Assembly (NCBI GenBank): GCA_965232835.1
Contig: OZ247426.1
Span: 924,974-988,973 of the forward strand
Length of the DNA: 64,000 nucleotides
Direction: 5' to 3'
From: Dehalococcoidia bacterium
GTDB lineage: Bacteria > Chloroflexota > Dehalococcoidia > Lucifugimonadales > UBA3495
The notes beneath the pieces were generated by a model. The model was not told the DNA's origin. It saw nothing but the letters and a program-made list of their open reading frames with translations, and did not search any database. Shown here piece by piece: positions 27,615-36,606 of the stretch; positions within the stretch are counted from its first letter, which is position 1; every line of letters starts with the position of its first letter. Position numbers and translations under genes: made by a program.

Positions 27615-28301
27615 TCAGGTTGAGCGGCCGACACCGGGTTTGACACCATTATCCAACAACGCCCGGTGTCTTTGCCACGATTCCTCCAGCACTGATCGCA
27701 TTTCCGCCGATGCCGACCGTGGATCATCCGCTGTCAGTATGCTGCGAATCACTGCGACTCCCGATGCGCCAGCGGCGATGACGACATCGACGTTTGCCGG
27801 CGTGATACCGCCAATACCGATCAGCGGCAGCTTGCAGCGGCTTGCAACGTCCTTCATCAGTGTCGGGCCCGCAGGTTCCTCTCCAGGATGGGAACTCGTG
27901 GCGAACATGGTGCCCACAACCAGAAAATCGGCGCCGTCGGCCATTGCCTGCGCGGCCCCATCCTCGGAGTGGACCGAGCGACCGACCAGGGCCCCCGGCG
28001 GCAGCAGTTGCCTCGCTGCCCCGGCGGGCAATGCCTGTTCCCCAAGCTGCACACCAGAGGCGCCTGCAATTGCGGCAACGTCCACTCGTTCATTGACCAG
28101 CAGCACAGCTCTACCACCAACGGTACGGAGCAGGTCGTTGGTGAGGGAAAGCATTTGGCCGCCGGGCATTTCCTTGGCCCGGAGCTGCACCAGGGAAACC
28201 CCGCCGTCAACAGCCTCGGCGACCCGGTCGGTCAACTCATGGGGACTGACAACGGAGCAGTCGGCCACGAGACAGAGACACGGCAGCCTGAGTTCAGCCA
28301 T
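27615..28301 (-). CDS. thiE: Thiamine-phosphate synthase ThiE
   Basis: VSLVQLRAKE..., GASGVQLGEQ, GADFLVVGTMFATSSHPG and LIGIGGITPANV. Located between thiG and thiS. Confidence 0.9.
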   Translation of the reverse strand: MAELRLPCLCLVADCSVVSPHELTDRVAEAVDGGVSLVQLRAKEMPGGQMLSLTNDLLRTVGGRAVLLVNERVDVAAIAGASGVQLGEQALPAGAARQLLPPGALVGRSVHSEDGAAQAMADGADFLVVGTMFATSSHPGEEPAGPTLMKDVASRCKLPLIGIGGITPANVDVVIAAGASGVAVIRSILTADDPRSASAEMRSVLEESWQRHRALLDNGVKPGVGRST

Positions 28302-28345
28302 CAATATACGGCTACCCGAAAAGGCTCAAGTAGGGGATGCCCCTG

Positions 28346-29137
28346 CTAGGCCGTGGCCCCGGCGGGCTGGGGAACGTCGGTGGTGGGGCTGCTGGCAGCG
28401 GCGTACTGCCGGATGCCGATGCGACCGGCGATGAACGCCTTTCGACCGGCCTCGACACCTGCTTTGAAGGCCTCGCCCATCATGGCGGGGTCGTTGGCCT
28501 GGGCGATGGCGGTGTTGACCAGCACGGCGTCTGCGCCCATCTCCAGGGCCTGAGAGGCGTCTGAGGGCACGGCCAGGCCCGCATCCACGACCACCGGAAC
28601 GTTGGCCTGCTCGATGATGATGCGCACTTCCTCGCGGGTGTGTATCCCTTGCCCGGAGCCTATGGCGGAGCCGAGGGGCATGACTGTGGCGCACCCTACA
28701 TCCTCGAGGTTCTTGGCCAGGACAGGGTCAGCGTGGATGTAAGGAAGGACGATGAAGCCCTCTTCGACCAGACGGCGAGCGGCCTCCAGGGTGGCAGCCC
28801 CGTCGGGAAAGAGGTACTTGTGGTCGGGGATTACCTCCAGCTTTACGAAGTCGGTCTGGCCAACCTGGCGTCCCAGCCGGGCCACGAACATGGCCTCCTC
28901 GACGGTGGCACAGCCGGCGGTGTTGGGGAGCATCTGGTACTTGCCCCAGTCGATGTAGTCGAGCAGCGTCTTGGCGGTGGGATCGTCGAGGTCCAGGCGC
29001 CGGATGGCCACTGTGATCATCTCGGTTCCGGAGGCCTCAACGGCCGCGACCATTTCCTCCATGGTGCGGTAGCGTCCGGTGCCCACGATCAGCCGCGAGT
29101 TGAATGTCTTGCCGCCAATGACCAGTTCGTCCGACAT
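28346..29137 (-). CDS. thiG: Thiazole synthase ThiG
   Basis: [92 protein letters not shown]. Confidence 0.95.
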   Translation of the reverse strand: MSDELVIGGKTFNSRLIVGTGRYRTMEEMVAAVEASGTEMITVAIRRLDLDDPTAKTLLDYIDWGKYQMLPNTAGCATVEEAMFVARLGRQVGQTDFVKLEVIPDHKYLFPDGAATLEAARRLVEEGFIVLPYIHADPVLAKNLEDVGCATVMPLGSAIGSGQGIHTREEVRIIIEQANVPVVVDAGLAVPSDASQALEMGADAVLVNTAIAQANDPAMMGEAFKAGVEAGRKAFIAGRIGIRQYAAASSPTTDVPQPAGATA

Positions 29138-29165
29138 GATGACCCTGCTCCTAAAGACCTGCCGG

Positions 29166-29204
29166 CCCTGAAATAAATGGCCGCCGGGAAGGTTCCGGGC
29201 GGCC
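29166..29204 (-). terminator. Leader terminator/attenuator hairpin between the candidate TPP aptamer and thiG
   Basis: On the minus strand, GGCCGCCCGGAACCTTCCCGGCGGCC (12-bp arms with one mismatch) is followed by ATTTATTTC. It lies about 30 nt upstream of the thiG RBS. Confidence 0.55.
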
Positions 29205-29256
29205 TCTGAGCATTACAAATTCACGCGTCTTGTCCCTGCGCCGGGCCGCCTCCTAT

Positions 29257-29334
29257 GGGCAATCCTCTGCTGCGGTCGGTCCAGGTACAAACGGTCGGTG
29301 GCGCTATCTGCCGCCCTCTCAGCCTGGCTCGCCC
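29257..29334 (-). ncRNA. Candidate TPP (THI-box) riboswitch aptamer
   Basis: The minus strand reads GGGCGAGCCAGGCUGAGAGGGCGGCAGAUAGCGCCACCGACCGUUUGUACCUGGACCGACCGCAGCAGAGGAUUGCCC. It contains GGCUGAGA, ACCUG and a GCAGAGGA (GCGUAGGGA-like) element. The ends pair as GGGCGA/UUGCCC. The P4/P5 region is a weak match. Confidence 0.45.
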
Positions 29335-29690
29335 AAGCTCCCGCCAAGTCTATTTTTTCGTATGGATTCTCCGCACAATTTACCATCGCCCAGCATGACG
29401 CGTCAACGACAGCATCGGCGTCCGATGGTCGCAATCCCCGGGCTAGTGATCATTCCGGATTCAGAAAGCACGCCCCCTCGGAGCAGTCAATCTTTTCGTG
29501 GGAATCGTTCTTTCCCGCCGCGCAGATCCCCCTTAATATAAAGAGAATTCAAGGAAGAAATTACTTTCCAGCCAGCCGCTTGGCTGCCTCACGCCCGGGG
29601 TGACACCTGTCGATTGCGAGTTACCAATTTGTCCACTATCGTATTGGTAGAAGCAAACCAAGCTCAATCCAACCCCGTGAGAGAATCGCA

Positions 29691-30821
29691 ATGGCGTTTG
29701 GCGGATCAAGCTACGGTCAGGACGCTTCGGCAATTCAGAGAAGGCTCGATCTCCTATTGAATACGATCCAGGAGGCGGCTTCTCACCAAATTGGGTATCC
29801 CACCAACCAGAATTTCGACTTCTCCGCCCTCACTCCGTTTCTGGATTACTCAATCAACAACATCGGCGACCCATTTCACGAAAGCAACTTTCGCTCCAAT
29901 TCCCACGAGATCGAAAGGGAAGTGATCTCGCGATTCGCCGAATTCACCCGCATCGACCCCGACGACGCCTGGGGTTATGTGACCTCCGGTGGCACCGAGG
30001 GGAACATGTACGGCCTCTACCTGGCGAGAGAACTGTTCCCCAACGCAATGTTCTATTTCTCGGAGGATACCCATTACAGCGTACTGAAGAATGTAAGGGT
30101 ACTGAACGCCAGGTACATCATGATCAAGCGCCAGGAGAATGGCGAAATCGATTACCAGGATCTCTATGACATGGTCAAGGTCCATCGCGACCTGCCCGCT
30201 GTGATCATGGCCAATATCGGTACCACCATGCGGGGTGCGATTGACGACTTGGAAAACATCAAGGGTATCCTGCACGATTTGAGAATCACCAATTCCTACA
30301 TCCACGCCGACGCTGCTCTCAGCGGCCTGATACTGCCCTTCGTTCCGGAGCCTCAACCGTTCGGGTTCGACGCTGGCATCGACAGCATCTCCATCAGCGG
30401 CCACAAGCTGCTGGGCGCCCCGCTGCCTTGTGGCGTGGTGATCACTCGGAAGTCGTACGTTGAGCGAGTGGGGCGGGCCGTCGAGTACGTCGGGGTTCAG
30501 GACACGACACTGTCCGGGTCCCGGAGCGCATTCGCTCCCCTGATGATCTGGTACGCGCTTTCCAACTACGGAACAGAAGGGGTACGAGAGCTGGTGGAAG
30601 GAATGATCGACACCGCCGAATATGCCGTAACCCGGTTCAACGAACGGGGAATTCCCGCCTGGCGCAACAGGAATTCGGTAACCGTGGTTTTCCCCAAACC
30701 ACCACAGGATGTGTTCGCGAAATGGCAGATCGCCCCGGAGGGACAGGAGGCCCACATCATAACCATGCCCCACGTGACCCGCGAGATGATTGACGAGCTT
30801 GTTGAAGACTGCGCCGGGTGA
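29691..30821 (+). CDS. hdc: Pyridoxal-dependent histidine decarboxylase (group II)
   Basis: Resemblance along the full length to the Gram-negative PLP-HDC as I recall it: IGYP..NFDFS, WGYVTSGGTEGNMYGLYLAREL, THYSV, NGEIDYQDL, ANIGTTMRGAIDD, HADAALSGLILPFV, SISISGHKLLGAPLPCGVV (PLP Lys), SGSR, AWRNRNSVTVVF. Confidence 0.88.
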   Translation: MAFGGSSYGQDASAIQRRLDLLLNTIQEAASHQIGYPTNQNFDFSALTPFLDYSINNIGDPFHESNFRSNSHEIEREVISRFAEFTRIDPDDAWGYVTSGGTEGNMYGLYLARELFPNAMFYFSEDTHYSVLKNVRVLNARYIMIKRQENGEIDYQDLYDMVKVHRDLPAVIMANIGTTMRGAIDDLENIKGILHDLRITNSYIHADAALSGLILPFVPEPQPFGFDAGIDSISISGHKLLGAPLPCGVVITRKSYVERVGRAVEYVGVQDTTLSGSRSAFAPLMIWYALSNYGTEGVRELVEGMIDTAEYAVTRFNERGIPAWRNRNSVTVVFPKPPQDVFAKWQIAPEGQEAHIITMPHVTREMIDELVEDCAG

Positions 30822-30857
30822 CGTCCTACCGATATGCTGGCGCGGAGAGGTCATGGA

Positions 30858-31259
30858 ATGAGCGAGACTGAACGGATTGTAATAATAGTCGATAACCAGG
30901 TGGGAGTCCTGGCCGACATCACGGGCGTGCTGGCCGGAGCGGGCATCAACATCGAGTCCATGGACACCGAGGTTGCCGGTCAGCGCGGCGCTATCATTAT
31001 GACCGTCAACGAAACCGACCATGCCCTGTCCATGCTGAATCAGGCAGGTTACAAGGCGGTTGGAGAAGACACCGTCGTAATACGACTGAGGGATGAGCCT
31101 GGCAGCCTGGCTCGGGTAGCCGACCGTCTCAAACAGGCCGAGGTGAACATACAAAACCTGCACATCCTCGGCAGGCAGGACGGCTACTCCCTGATTGCGC
31201 TGACCACCAGCGACCACGCAGCGACGGAAATCGCCCTGAAGGAGGAGGAAGTCCTCTAA
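30858..31259 (+). CDS. Tandem ACT-domain protein (small-molecule-binding regulatory fold)
   Basis: There are two ACT-like units: IVIIVDNQVGVLADITGVLAGAGINIESM, and VVIRLRDEPGSLARVADRLKQAEVNIQNLH. ATG 30858 is preceded by GGAGAGG. Confidence 0.7.
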   Translation: MSETERIVIIVDNQVGVLADITGVLAGAGINIESMDTEVAGQRGAIIMTVNETDHALSMLNQAGYKAVGEDTVVIRLRDEPGSLARVADRLKQAEVNIQNLHILGRQDGYSLIALTTSDHAATEIALKEEEVL

Positions 31260-31296
31260 CCGCTCGTCATCGCAAGGCCAGCCAGATCCAAGAAAT

Positions 31297-31332
31297 AGCG
31301 CGGGAGCGATTACTCTCCCGCGCTTTGAGTTT
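31297..31332. terminator. Bidirectional intrinsic terminator
   Basis: A 10-bp perfect stem AGCGCGGGAG / CTCCCGCGCT with an 8-nt loop, flanked by AGAAAT on one side and TTTGAGTTT on the other. It lies between convergent genes. Confidence 0.75.
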
Positions 31333-31349
31333 CCCTCTTACGAGGCTCG

Positions 31350-32144
31350 CTAGTCCGCGGGAGCGCTGACGGTCTGCTCAGCCAGGATTCCGGCGAAAAA
31401 GGCTGCCAGGTGGCCGTTGAACTCGTCGGCCTTCTCGAAGTGCGCGGAGTGGGCCGCGCCTACCGCGACCTCCATACGGGAGCCGGGGATGATCTTCTGC
31501 GCTTCGGAGATGACACTGGGCGGGAAAATAGCGTCCTCATCGCCAACTATGAATAGCGTGGGGATCTGCCAACCGAAGAAGTCGGCCTCCTGCCGTCCAT
31601 CCTCTCGGCGGAACCCTGAGATCACGCCGTCCTCGCCGCGCTCCGGGTTCAGGCCCTGGATCTGCTGGTACAGGAATGTGAGGGCGGGTTGCTCGGCCAT
31701 GAACCCGGCGGCCAGGGACCGGGCCACGCCGTCGGGCGGGTTGGTCTTGGCCAGCTCGGCAAGCAGGCCCGGCGATACTACGCCACCGGTGGTGTCACCG
31801 AGCACCAGGCCCAGGGTCTGTTCCGGGCGGGCCAGGGCGAACTCGAGGCAGCTGAAGCCGCCCATGGACTGCGCCACAAGGAACGTCTCCTCCAATTCCA
31901 GGTAGTCGGCAAGAGCGACTATGTCGGCGGCGAAATTCTCGCGCAGCGGCGAGCCGTATGGCGCCACGGACTGTCCCCAGCCGCGGTGGTCAAAGGTGAT
32001 GCAACGGAATTCCCCGGAGAACCGAGCGACCTGCTGCCACCAGCTCATGTGGTTGCCGCCCCGACCGTGGGCGAAGATGATGGCCGGGCCACTGCCGTGG
32101 GACTCGTAGTAGAGCTCGATGCCGTTGATTGGCGCCTTGGGCAT
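31350..32144 (-). CDS. Alpha/beta hydrolase (3-oxoadipate enol-lactonase-like)
   Basis: IIFAHGRGGNHMSWWQQV, FDHRGWGQS and the nucleophile elbow VAQSMGGF. RBS GAGGAGG. Confidence 0.8.
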   Translation of the reverse strand: MPKAPINGIELYYESHGSGPAIIFAHGRGGNHMSWWQQVARFSGEFRCITFDHRGWGQSVAPYGSPLRENFAADIVALADYLELEETFLVAQSMGGFSCLEFALARPEQTLGLVLGDTTGGVVSPGLLAELAKTNPPDGVARSLAAGFMAEQPALTFLYQQIQGLNPERGEDGVISGFRREDGRQEADFFGWQIPTLFIVGDEDAIFPPSVISEAQKIIPGSRMEVAVGAAHSAHFEKADEFNGHLAAFFAGILAEQTVSAPAD

Positions 32145-32183
32145 GATGGAGACCTCCTCGGGTCAGTCTTGCTGGGATTTTAT

Positions 32184-32232
32184 CCTCACCCTCACCCTTG
32201 CCCTCTAGGAAGAGAGCAATTGGGGTTGGGGT
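32184..32232. repeat. GGGAGAGGG-family repeat (long form with both CACCC and GGGGT flanks)
   Basis: CCTCACCCTCACCCTTGCCCTCTAGGAAGAGAGCAATTGGGGTTGGGGTT. Confidence 0.7.
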
Positions 32233-32266
32233 TTTGTGGCTCATGATAAATTCGATTGTTGCTGGA

Positions 32267-32303
32267 CTCCACCCCTACCCCGCCCTCTCCCTGAGGGAGA
32301 GGG
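32267..32303. repeat. GGGAGAGGG-family hairpin repeat
   Basis: CTCCACCCCTACCCCG-CCCTCTCCC-tga-GGGAGAGGG: a perfect 9-bp stem. Confidence 0.8.
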
Positions 32304-32339
32304 GGCAAATGGGGGGATCGGAGAGCCATATTGTTGAAG

Positions 32340-32993
32340 CTAGACGGGCCAGCCCTCGCGACGGAATGCGGCGTCCCAGAACATCCACTCGTAGCGGCTG
32401 CTGGTCATGAAGGCCTGCCGCATTGCCTCCAGTTCCTCCGGAGAGGCATGCTCAGCCTGCCGGTCAACGAAGCTCCGCCACGCCTCTACGCTATCCTCCA
32501 GCAGGCCGGAGACATAGAAACTGGTCCACTGGCCGTAGAGCGGATGCTCCGACTGGCCCAGTTCCTCGCGAAGCATGTGGTAGGTCCACGGGCATGGGAG
32601 CATGGCGGCGGCGGTAGGGCCCAAACCCTCGCGGTTGGCGACGGCAAGCATGTGGTTCACATACCCCGCGTTGGTGGGTGATGGGATGGTCTTCGCCACC
32701 TCCGGCTCGCTGAGCCCGGCCTCGCCCAGCAGCTTGTGGTGCAGGGGACGCTCGATGGGTGTCATCACCCGCTTGGCCATTTCCTCGATGACCCCAATCG
32801 TGGGCGCCTTGGCCAGAGCGATGGCGACACAGCGCGCGAAGCCCTCCAGGTACAGGTAGTCCTGGCCGAGGTAGTACTGGAACGTTTCCAGGGGCAGAGT
32901 GCCGTCCTTGATGCCCTTCAGGAACGGGTGCGCAAAAATCTCGCGCCAAATGGGTTCCGCCTCGGCGCGGAGCTGGTCGCTGAAACTGTCCAT
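32340..32993 (-). CDS. tenA: TenA-family aminopyrimidine aminohydrolase (thiaminase II)
   Basis: W.EIFAHPFLKGIKDGTLPLETFQYYLGQDYLYLEGFAR. ATG 32993 has AAGGAG 5 nt upstream. Confidence 0.85.
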   Translation of the reverse strand: MDSFSDQLRAEAEPIWREIFAHPFLKGIKDGTLPLETFQYYLGQDYLYLEGFARCVAIALAKAPTIGVIEEMAKRVMTPIERPLHHKLLGEAGLSEPEVAKTIPSPTNAGYVNHMLAVANREGLGPTAAAMLPCPWTYHMLREELGQSEHPLYGQWTSFYVSGLLEDSVEAWRSFVDRQAEHASPEELEAMRQAFMTSSRYEWMFWDAAFRREGWPV

Positions 32994-33110
32994 GAGCACT
33001 CCTTGGCTGGGCTGGATTAAGGGAAAGTGTGCGCCTTGCCCTGTCCCTAACCACGTCGAATGGGAAGTTTACGGAAGGTGGGTAGTCGTGGTTTCTGTTT
33101 AATTCTATTT

Positions 33111-33149
33111 CACCCTCACCCCAACCCTCTCACTCATGGGAGAAGGGGG
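33111..33149. repeat. GGGAGAGGG-family hairpin repeat
   Basis: CACCCTCACCCCAA-CCCTCTC-actcat-GGGAGAAGGGGG. Confidence 0.7.
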
Positions 33150-33201
33150 TTTGGTCTTCCCTCAGGAATAGGGAACTTATCGATCGTTGTCGCAGACTCT
33201 G

Positions 33202-34875
33202 TCAGGACGGGCGGGAGCGTTCCAGCTCCATCTCCCGCAACTCGACGCGGCGGATTTTGCCGCTGACTGTCTTGGGCAGCTCGGTTACGAACTCGACAGA
33301 GCGCGGGTATTTGTAGGGCGCGGTGGTGCTGCGAACGTGGTCCTGGATGCTTAGAACGAGCTCATCGGACGGCACGTAATCAGGGGCCAGGATGACGAAC
33401 GCCTTGACGATCTCGCCGCGCACCGGGTCGGGGCTGGACACGACGGCAGACTCGGCAACCGCGGGGTGCTCGATCAGGGCGCTCTCAACCTCGAAGGGGC
33501 CGATGCGATACCCGGCGGAGATGATCACGTCATCGGCGCGACCTACGAACCAGTGGTAGCCGTCCTCGTCCTTGTACGCCTTGTCGCCGGTCAGGTACCA
33601 GTCGCCGACGAAGGAGCCGGCCGTGCCCTCCTCGTCCCGCCAGTATTCCTGGAATAACCCCAGGGGACGCTCGGGCTTGACCTTGACGCCGATCTGACCC
33701 TCCTCGCCCACCGGCACCTCGTTGCCGTCATCATCGACGATGCCGATGGTGAAGCCGGGCATCGGCTTGCCCATGGAGCCTGGGCGGACGGGCATGCAGC
33801 GGTAGTTGCCCACGATCAGGACTGTCTCTGTCTGACCATATCCGTCGTAGATGGTGAGGCCGGTACCGTCCTCCCACTGCTTCATGACCTCGGGGTTCAG
33901 GGGCTCCCCGGCACCTGTGCAGTGTCGCAGGCCGCTCAGGTCGTATTTCTTGAGGTCCTCTAGCACCATCATCCGGAATGCCGTTGGCGGGGCGCAGAAG
34001 GAGGTAACACCGTAGCTCTCCAGCATGCGCAGCGTCATCGTCGCATCGAATCGGCCGCGGGCGTCGTGCTGCATCACCGTGGCCCCCAGGGTCCACTGGC
34101 CGAACAGCTTGCCATAGGCGGCCTTGGCCCATCCGGTATCCGAGAGCGTCCAGTGCAGGTCGGTGGGCTTGAGGTCGTGCCAGTACTTGGCGGTGAGCGT
34201 GTGGCCGATGGCACAAGAGGCTTGGGTGTGCAGCACCATCTTGGGGTAGCCCACGGTCCCCGAGGTGAAGTAAATCAGCAGCGGGTCGTCGCTGCGCGTC
34301 GGCTCAACATCGCCGAGACTGGCCGAACCGTCGGCAACCATGCGCTCGTAGGAGCGCCAGCCGCGGCGTTCCTCGCCGGTGGCCACCAGGTGCTGCAGAG
34401 TGGGGCAGGCGCCAGCGGCGTTATCGACCTTGGAGGCGTTCTCGCCGTCGGTGATGGCCATGACCGCCTCTGCCCGGTTGATGCGGTACTCGATGTCGCC
34501 GGGAGTCAGCAGCGTGGTGGCGGGCATGGGCAGGGCGCCCAGCTTGAACAGCCCCAGCATGGCAACGTACCACTCCGGGATGCGGGGCAGCATGATGAAC
34601 ACGCGGTCTCCCTTCTTGATGCCCAGGTCCCGCAGGGAGTTGGCGAAGCGGTTAGAAAGGCTCTTCAGGTCCCAGAAGGTGTGATGTGTGGCCTTCTCTC
34701 CAGTGGGATCCACGGAAAGCAGGGCCAGCTTGGTGCGGTCCTCGGCCCACTTGTCGACGACGTCGAAGCCGAAGTTGAAGTACTCCGGGACTTCGAGCCT
34801 GTCGTTCAGGTAGGCGTGTTCGTAGTCGGTCATGTTGGGGGTATCGGACTTGGTTGTGCTTGCGCCGGTCGTCAT
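33202..34875 (-). CDS. AMP-forming acyl-CoA synthetase (medium-chain / aromatic acid-CoA ligase-like)
   Basis: The AMP-binding motif YFTSGTVGYPKMV, then GYGQTE, YLTGDKAY.DEDGY..GRADD and a C-terminal SGKIRR. RBS GAGGTGA. Confidence 0.92.
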   Translation of the reverse strand: MTTGASTTKSDTPNMTDYEHAYLNDRLEVPEYFNFGFDVVDKWAEDRTKLALLSVDPTGEKATHHTFWDLKSLSNRFANSLRDLGIKKGDRVFIMLPRIPEWYVAMLGLFKLGALPMPATTLLTPGDIEYRINRAEAVMAITDGENASKVDNAAGACPTLQHLVATGEERRGWRSYERMVADGSASLGDVEPTRSDDPLLIYFTSGTVGYPKMVLHTQASCAIGHTLTAKYWHDLKPTDLHWTLSDTGWAKAAYGKLFGQWTLGATVMQHDARGRFDATMTLRMLESYGVTSFCAPPTAFRMMVLEDLKKYDLSGLRHCTGAGEPLNPEVMKQWEDGTGLTIYDGYGQTETVLIVGNYRCMPVRPGSMGKPMPGFTIGIVDDDGNEVPVGEEGQIGVKVKPERPLGLFQEYWRDEEGTAGSFVGDWYLTGDKAYKDEDGYHWFVGRADDVIISAGYRIGPFEVESALIEHPAVAESAVVSSPDPVRGEIVKAFVILAPDYVPSDELVLSIQDHVRSTTAPYKYPRSVEFVTELPKTVSGKIRRVELREMELERSRPS

Positions 34876-34965
34876 CGTTTCACCTCAAATTGAGGTCTCG
34901 CCAGGGGCGGTTATCTGATTTTGGGTTCATTCTACCATCAAGGATTGCTGTAAGAGACTAGGGCC

Positions 34966-34994
34966 GTGATAGGCGTCTGAGGGACAGGTATAAT
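34966..34994 (+). promoter_or_regulatory. Candidate sigma70-type promoter for the SDR gene
   Basis: GTGATA, then 17 nt, then TATAAT (34989-34994). It lies 32 nt upstream of ATG 35026. Confidence 0.35.
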
Positions 34995-35025
34995 CTTGCT
35001 CACCATAGTCGATGGAGATGAAAGA

Positions 35026-35793
35026 ATGGCGGGACAGCTTGATGGCAAGACAGCCCTGGTAACCGGGGGAGGATCTGGAATCGGCAGGTCCGCGTCCCTG
35101 GCATACGCGCGGGAGGGAGCGCGGGTCGTGGTGGCGGATATGAACGTTGAGGGCGGCGAGGAGACGGTGCAGATGATCGTGGAGGCCGGGGGACAGGCCA
35201 TCCTGGTTCACGGCGACGTCTCGGACCCTGCGGGCACGCAACTGATGGTCGATCGGGCGGTCGAGGCCTTCGGCAGCCTGGACTGCGCCTTCAACAACGC
35301 GGGCATCTCAGGAGGACGGGAACGGCGCCGCACCGCCGATTACGAGGAGGAAGACTTCGACCGCGTAATACGCATCAACCTGAAAGGCGTTTGGCTCTCG
35401 ATGAAAGCGGAAATTCCGCAGATGCTGAAGCAGGGCAGCGGCGCCATCGTCAACACCGCCTCGATCATGGGCTTGATAGCCACCTCGGGCTCGGTGGCCT
35501 ACATGGCGGCCAAGCACGGGGTGAACGGGCTGACCAAGGCCGCGGCCCTGGAATACGCTCGGGATGGAATCCGGGTGAACTCGGTGTGCCCTGGCTACAT
35601 CAACACACCGCTGGTCCGTCCGCTCTTCGACAACTATCCTGACATGGAACAGACCATCGTTTCCCGGCACCCCGTGGGCCGGCTGGGCGAACCCGAGGAG
35701 ATCGCCGAGGCGGTGATTTGGCTGTCGTCGCCCGCTGCCAGCTTCGTAACCGGCCACAACATGGCAGTGGACGGCGGGTACGTGGCGCAGTAG
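35026..35793 (+). CDS. SDR-family oxidoreductase (FabG-like)
   Basis: KTALVTGGGSGIGRS, NNAG, and the catalytic YMAAKHG. ATG 35026 is preceded by GGAG. Confidence 0.92.
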   Translation: MAGQLDGKTALVTGGGSGIGRSASLAYAREGARVVVADMNVEGGEETVQMIVEAGGQAILVHGDVSDPAGTQLMVDRAVEAFGSLDCAFNNAGISGGRERRRTADYEEEDFDRVIRINLKGVWLSMKAEIPQMLKQGSGAIVNTASIMGLIATSGSVAYMAAKHGVNGLTKAAALEYARDGIRVNSVCPGYINTPLVRPLFDNYPDMEQTIVSRHPVGRLGEPEEIAEAVIWLSSPAASFVTGHNMAVDGGYVAQ

Positions 35794-35823
35794 GGCGTGA
35801 CCGCACTGTCGCAGTCCGGATTC

Positions 35824-36234
35824 CTACCGCAGTATGTCTAGCGCAGATCCATCGAAGAGCCGGTAAATGTAGAAGTCACCATCAACAGTAAACAGGCTAC
35901 GAATGAACCGGCTCTCTGCCACGGCTATCAGAGAGGCGTCTGCCAGAGCCATTGGCGTATCGCGGTATTGCGACATGAGTTCGGCCATACGGTCAGCTTC
36001 CGTTGTCGTCATCTCGTGCAGCACTAACCGGCCCTCAGCTCGCAAATCCCAGAGGGCGACTTGATAATGATAGCCTCCTATTGACCCAAGCAGGTGCATG
36101 GCTTCTGTGAAACAAACCCAAGTGGTGAGAAGGGGGACAGGTGGCAATTTCCTGGCCGCCTCGACACATTGGGCATGATGCTGGTCGTCAGCATTGAGCA
36201 GGGCTACCAGCGGGCCGGTGTCCGTTAGTATCAT
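35824..36234 (-). CDS. vapC: PIN-domain toxin (VapC-like)
   Basis: MILTDTGPLVALLNADDQHH... with the conserved acidic residues expected of a PIN fold. There is a 4-nt overlap with the upstream antitoxin ORF. Confidence 0.8.
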   Translation of the reverse strand: MILTDTGPLVALLNADDQHHAQCVEAARKLPPVPLLTTWVCFTEAMHLLGSIGGYHYQVALWDLRAEGRLVLHEMTTTEADRMAELMSQYRDTPMALADASLIAVAESRFIRSLFTVDGDFYIYRLFDGSALDILR

Positions 36235-36539
36235 TTTCCCGACTGGCGGCGCCGATATTCCTCGATAAGCATTGCCGAGTATTTGTCACTGCTAATGTCT
36301 GACATAGCGGCGCTGGCGGGATCTATTTCGTTGCTGTGAAGAACGCCGATATGGCCCAATAGAAAGTCAACCAGGGTTCCTTCCTGCTTTGGCTGTTGGA
36401 CTGGAGTAATCGCCGGCGTAAATCGTTCCCGTAGACTGTCTATGGCGAGTTGTTCGGGCGTGATGCCCAAATTTTGGGCCTGCTCAACCAGCCCGCTCTC
36501 GATGTCAGGCGTCAATGTGATTATCATGGGCCTAGGCAT
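36231..36539 (-). CDS. Putative antitoxin of the PIN toxin (possible ribbon-helix-helix N-terminus)
   Basis: A 102-aa ORF overlapping vapC by ATGA. The N-terminus MIITLTPDIESGLVEQAQNLGITPEQLAIDSLRERF is compatible with a strand-helix-helix fold. Confidence 0.6.
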   Translation of the reverse strand: MPRPMIITLTPDIESGLVEQAQNLGITPEQLAIDSLRERFTPAITPVQQPKQEGTLVDFLLGHIGVLHSNEIDPASAAMSDISSDKYSAMLIEEYRRRQSGK

Positions 36540-36606
36540 ACCTTAACCTCGTGCAACCAGGTTATTGGTCATATTATCTCATTCTTGTTCAGAGAGGCGA
36601 CAGTTC

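Noticed and set aside
29213-29434. A 73-aa ORF on the minus strand upstream of thiG.
   Set aside because: It overlaps the candidate TPP aptamer and leader. It has no RBS and its composition is not protein-like.
29440-29690. T-box or His-responsive leader upstream of hdc.
   Set aside because: There is no T-box sequence (…GGTGGTACCGCG…), no specifier-loop architecture and no His-rich leader peptide. The region looks like an AT-rich promoter or insertion junction.
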